A stretch of 64,000 nucleotides of DNA from Tubiluchus corallicola (taxonomy: Eukaryota > Animalia > Priapulida), in NCBI GenBank assembly GCA_030141605.1, contig JAQGDQ010000399.1, positions 62,001 through 126,000 of the forward strand, read 5' to 3'. Positions 60,051-64,000 of the stretch are shown here, piece after piece. A model generated the notes under the pieces. It saw only the letters and a program-made list of their open reading frames with translations, did no database searches and was not told the DNA's origin. A program made the translations under genes and the position numbers. Position 1 is the stretch's first letter. Each line of letters opens with the position of its first letter.

Positions 60051-61465
60051 AAGGAGTAAGGAATATTATTAAAGGAAACTTATTAAAGTTTTAGTATTAA
60101 CTGCAAAATAAATTCAACATGCTAAGTGACTTGTTCTTTCATTTAAACAGTTTATGGTACTGGTTGGCAGAAAATGCCTTACATAGAAGTATCTGAAGCT
60201 AGTCACTGCCTCACGAAGGTGTGCAGTCTTTAAATAGTATGACTAGATTGTTTCTGTGCTGTCAGCCCAATTTGACAGCCAGAAATAAATGCTTCTGAAT
60301 TCCAAAGTGAATCGCAGAAAGCGCAATTTGCAAATTTCCAAGCCGTTTTGCTGCTTGGTAAGAAGTGATTGTGCAAGCAGATTTTCTACTGTGTCGTCAA
60401 GGAGCTACATGGGAAATCTTAACGTTTTGTATAAGCCTTTGTAGGTCTTTCGGTCACAGATGGTACAGAACTTAAATATGCCTATGTATTCACGTAATAT
60501 ATATTCCATACACACACTTTTAGTTTATATATAGACCTGATGCAATACTAATGCACCACTGCCGTGTCTACATCATTATATGTAGTAATATTATAATTCT
60601 TTATTTAAAAACAAATATATACAAGCATAATAATAATAATAATAATGTAGAGGTGGCATACATAGGGTATATGTCTACCGATGAGAGCTACTATCTTTTG
60701 GAATTCTTTCACAAGTAACTTTTGTTTCAAAACTTACCAAAGAAAAATTCTGAATGTATTTAATCGTCTGAGCTGAAAATTTCGGTGTGTGACAGGAACC
60801 TAACAAGCTTTTGTTATTTCGATTTAATATGTGCTACATAGAAGTTTTAAAATGATTTAATTCATTATGAATATAAAATCCCATGCTTTAAGGCCTAAAT
60901 TGAAAGCAGCTCTACGAAATGTATTTTACGTGAAAGAATTATTACCACAGAAACGTAATTTCGCGTTCGCACGACTAGTTCTTCGCTGTTACCCGCATTT
61001 CGCCATTTGTTGGTTAGACGGGCGCTAGAGCGTGCATCTCGGAAACGCGTTGCACAAAAAACAGGTGCTATACCTTTTAGTTCAGAGTTGTTCAGTTGTG
61101 GCGTAGCTCACTTGTTCGAGAGGTCATGCGTGAGCACAGTGCTAAACTTGAAATTTGAATTGTAAATTTAAATTTGCCGAATTTTTGCTGAATGTTGTAC
61201 ATTAGCACTGTACTTCGATTTTCGCTTTCGCAGCTACGTGCAGCACGCGTCATGGAATGTTCGTGCCATTGCAAAATTATGTTGAATTGCGATGTCCTGC
61301 TATTTGGACTCGTCCGCCGTTAAATAAGCTTTTAACCTGTTATTTAATTCTTTGGCATTATTATAAGCGTTAAAATGTATACTTTTCCTCACTTCAAAAT
61401 GGTGTAGGATATGCAAAAACATCCTGTTTTCCGTTAAAGCATGGTAACATGGATTTTTGCTTAAA

Positions 61466-61572
61466 ATGAGACCTTCGTCTTTTGTACTGTTTTATAGTTT
61501 GAAAGAACTCGTATCTGGGCGTGTCTCACTCTCGTCAATACAGGGAGTTGGCTTAGTTGAATATAATACTCT
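61466..61572 (+). CDS. Second candidate alternative first coding exon of the PLEKHA gene
   Basis: AAAATG start, open frame MRPSSFVLFYSLKELVSGRVSLSSIQGVGLVEYNT, consensus donor CT|GTAAGT in phase 2, downstream of a CpG-rich patch at ~60950-61320. Confidence 0.35.
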
Positions 61573-62339
61573 GTAAGTATTATTCTTTAGTTAGATCAGC
61601 TAGAAAAAGGTCTTACCCCCTTCCCGAATGCCGAAGGTTTTGACTCCTCCTCAACTGGCTTTCTGTTCATGGGTTCTTTTTGGACACAGTCCGCCCCTAC
61701 CCACCATTAGTCGGTTCTTTTCTAACTTTTGTAATTGTTTTTGCGCGAATTACTTAATTGCGCTTGGAGATTTCAACGGCTAAAATACTTCCTACTTAGG
61801 TATAAGCTGATTAGAGCCCACTTGTCGTTACAATGTCGTATTTGCCGTTACGATCATCGCGCCACCAACAGACGTTCACTTGTTTTTGCAGAAAAATTGT
61901 GTTAATCGGGTTGGATTAAGCGTCTGTGATGTGTAAGCTGTTTACCTACATTGATTGGCGGCGGTATCTAAAGCGACTATTCGTTTTTATGCAGCAAACC
62001 AAGCAATGCGAAAATAATGAGAAACATGTAAAATTCAAGATCAATACGGTTAGTTTCGACTGAAACTTTGTTAATGCCAAACCTAACTTTTAGTATTATT
62101 GGTGCGAGGAAGTTTTTTTGCTCATGTACTTAAAACAAGCATGTATACAAGTTTGTCTTTACCGTGCATGCGATTAGTATACCTTCTTTTGTTTTCCATA
62201 GTTACCTAGTAGTATCGAGAAAGATGTATACACCCCAAAAGTGATCAAGACACCTCTACCAGTAAGGTAGCTCTCAGAGGGTTTTTCTTGGTAATTGTCT
62301 AGGTAGCGGTCCTGTCACAAGCTTGTATAATAAATAGTT

Positions 62340-63055
62340 TTCTTGGCTTATAGGGTGCCATACTATTCACATGAGCTGGGAAACTACGCCGCTCTTTGTG
62401 AAAATTATGCTTTAAACATATACTTGGTTATCAAATAAGGAAAACTATTCAGCTACGGCAAGCTGAAAAAACTAAACGTTCCCACCATAGACGCCATTAT
62501 ACAATACCTTTACGTTCATTTACAAAGACATATATAATATCAGCAAACCATTTAAATATAATCACATTCCTTTTATTAAAGACAAACAGTTAAACAAGTG
62601 AACTCTAGACATAAAGCTAATTCAGACAAACATTAAACAAAGTCATAACTCAGTATCTAAAGCAGCATTTAATATCTGGAATTCAGCACCTCAAGAAATA
62701 AAATCTTCAACGAGTTTAAGAGATCTCAAAAAGAAACTAAAGAACACGCTACTCAAAAATTATGAGAGGCCCCTTTACAGTAAATTCCATCTAAAAAATC
62801 GAAATGAAAATACGACTCACTGTAAAAATACATATGTTAAAACTCATTTTTAAATGTTTTATGCGCATGCATTGTCGACATGAATTTGTGAACTTCATTC
62901 ACTTTCATTCACTTAAAACTTAACTTTTGTAAAATTTCTTTAGTCATTTAGTTTAACACTACTGCCTACAACAGTCGTTGATTGGTTATACATATAACAT
63001 TTTCATACATTCTATCATACCTGTAAATGTGTGTAACTTATGCAATAAAGATTCT
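62340..63055 (+). mobile_element. 3' remnant of a CR1/L2-group LINE
   Basis: NIWNSAPQEIKSSTSLRDLKKKLKNTLLKNYE matches the ORF2 terminal pattern WNxLPxxIKxxxSLxxFKKKLKxxLL; AT-rich 3' UTR with AATAAA at ~63044. Confidence 0.75.
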
Positions 63056-64000
63056 ATATACATCCTGAATTTTTGACTGTTTAGTGCATACGTATAAACA
63101 TCAATCTACATATATCGAAAATCCATTAATGTAACAAAACTTACACAAAATTGTACAATGGTGCCAGGAATTATTAATAGACTGCACTGAATTTAAAATG
63201 TGACACGGCAGCGCTTAAATTACTTTACATTTTGAATAAGATCACTAATCTGTGTTTTTGGGTATCAGTCATTGGGATGGCGAAGCAGTGCCGTTTTACC
63301 GCGAATATTTTAAATTATTAAGAATTTTCCTCTCCAATTACATAAATCTTTCAGGCGGGTAAATGCACTGCCAAGTGATATAAATTTGTGTAGAAAATTC
63401 TTTAGGGTATGCTTTAAAATTCCCCTTTCTTCCCCTGTGATTATAGAGAAGTCATATCTCTACTTATCTGAAAACTTGTGTAGGTGACTAGGCGTCTGTT
63501 GTCTCAATCTTCCAGTAAATGGTCAATCGTTCGCTCTTTTACTGGAACATCTTGGGAAATTATTCAAGATTGAAATTTCTCAGAAAGGCTATCTAGTAAA
63601 TCAGAATAGTTGGCAAACGACTGCAAGTTGCAGTAAAAAACCTATTTCGGCGCTTATGATACATGTTGCTTGCAAGTGAAATTTGCTAAATTGCACACGA
63701 GATGAAGAGCTGCGAACTCGTTTAGATAAGAGGGTTTTTTGACTTCTTGGAGGCAGTCTACTACTTTATCACTCTATGGAAAATACATCTGTAGTCTCTA
63801 CTATTATTGTTTACCGAGAAATGCATTTAAAACTCCCATCATTCTTTAGCCAGAATTTTCAAAAAATATTCTAGTCAACAGTCTGACCGGTCGCTATGTA
63901 CGGCGGGGTTCATGGCTGCGTGTGGTTGCGGGCTTACGGCGTTGTGCTTAGCAAGAGTTTAACAATGGCGCCTAGGTTGTTTAGTTAATGGATTGGTAAA

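Noticed and set aside
62202-62266. Exon-like segment (TTTTCCATAG acceptor, GTAAGG/GTAGCT donors) in the PLEKHA intron
   Set aside because: Open only in phase 0, while upstream exons end in phase 2, and it lacks the expected H..TT..HP end of WW2.

Overview
AT-rich, intron-containing genomic DNA from an animal, probably an invertebrate (taxon not determinable from this window); it is not prokaryotic. Five spliced protein-coding genes were reconstructed by hand with GT-AG junctions and consistent intron phases. They are an SPT2 histone chaperone (minus strand, 3' end outside the window), a complete SHIP2/INPPL1-type SH2-5-phosphatase-SAM gene (+, ~1263 aa), a complete type I coronin (+, ~491 aa), a complete class I fructose-bisphosphate aldolase (-, 362 aa), and the 5' WW-WW exons of a PLEKHA5/6/7-like gene (+, continues past the window). 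The genes form two head-to-head pairs and one tail-to-tail pair. Introns carry decayed LINEs (L2/CR1, RTE), a Penelope fragment, several MITEs, tRNA- and 5S-derived remnants, and microsatellites. The most notable observations are a phosphoinositide/actin-themed gene neighbourhood, two candidate WW-skipping alternative first exons, an 85-bp minisatellite derived from an RTE ORF, and a TIR-bounded element wrapped around a tRNA-like core. No clearly new biological system can be demonstrated from sequence alone. All identifications rest on recognising motifs by eye, with no database search.
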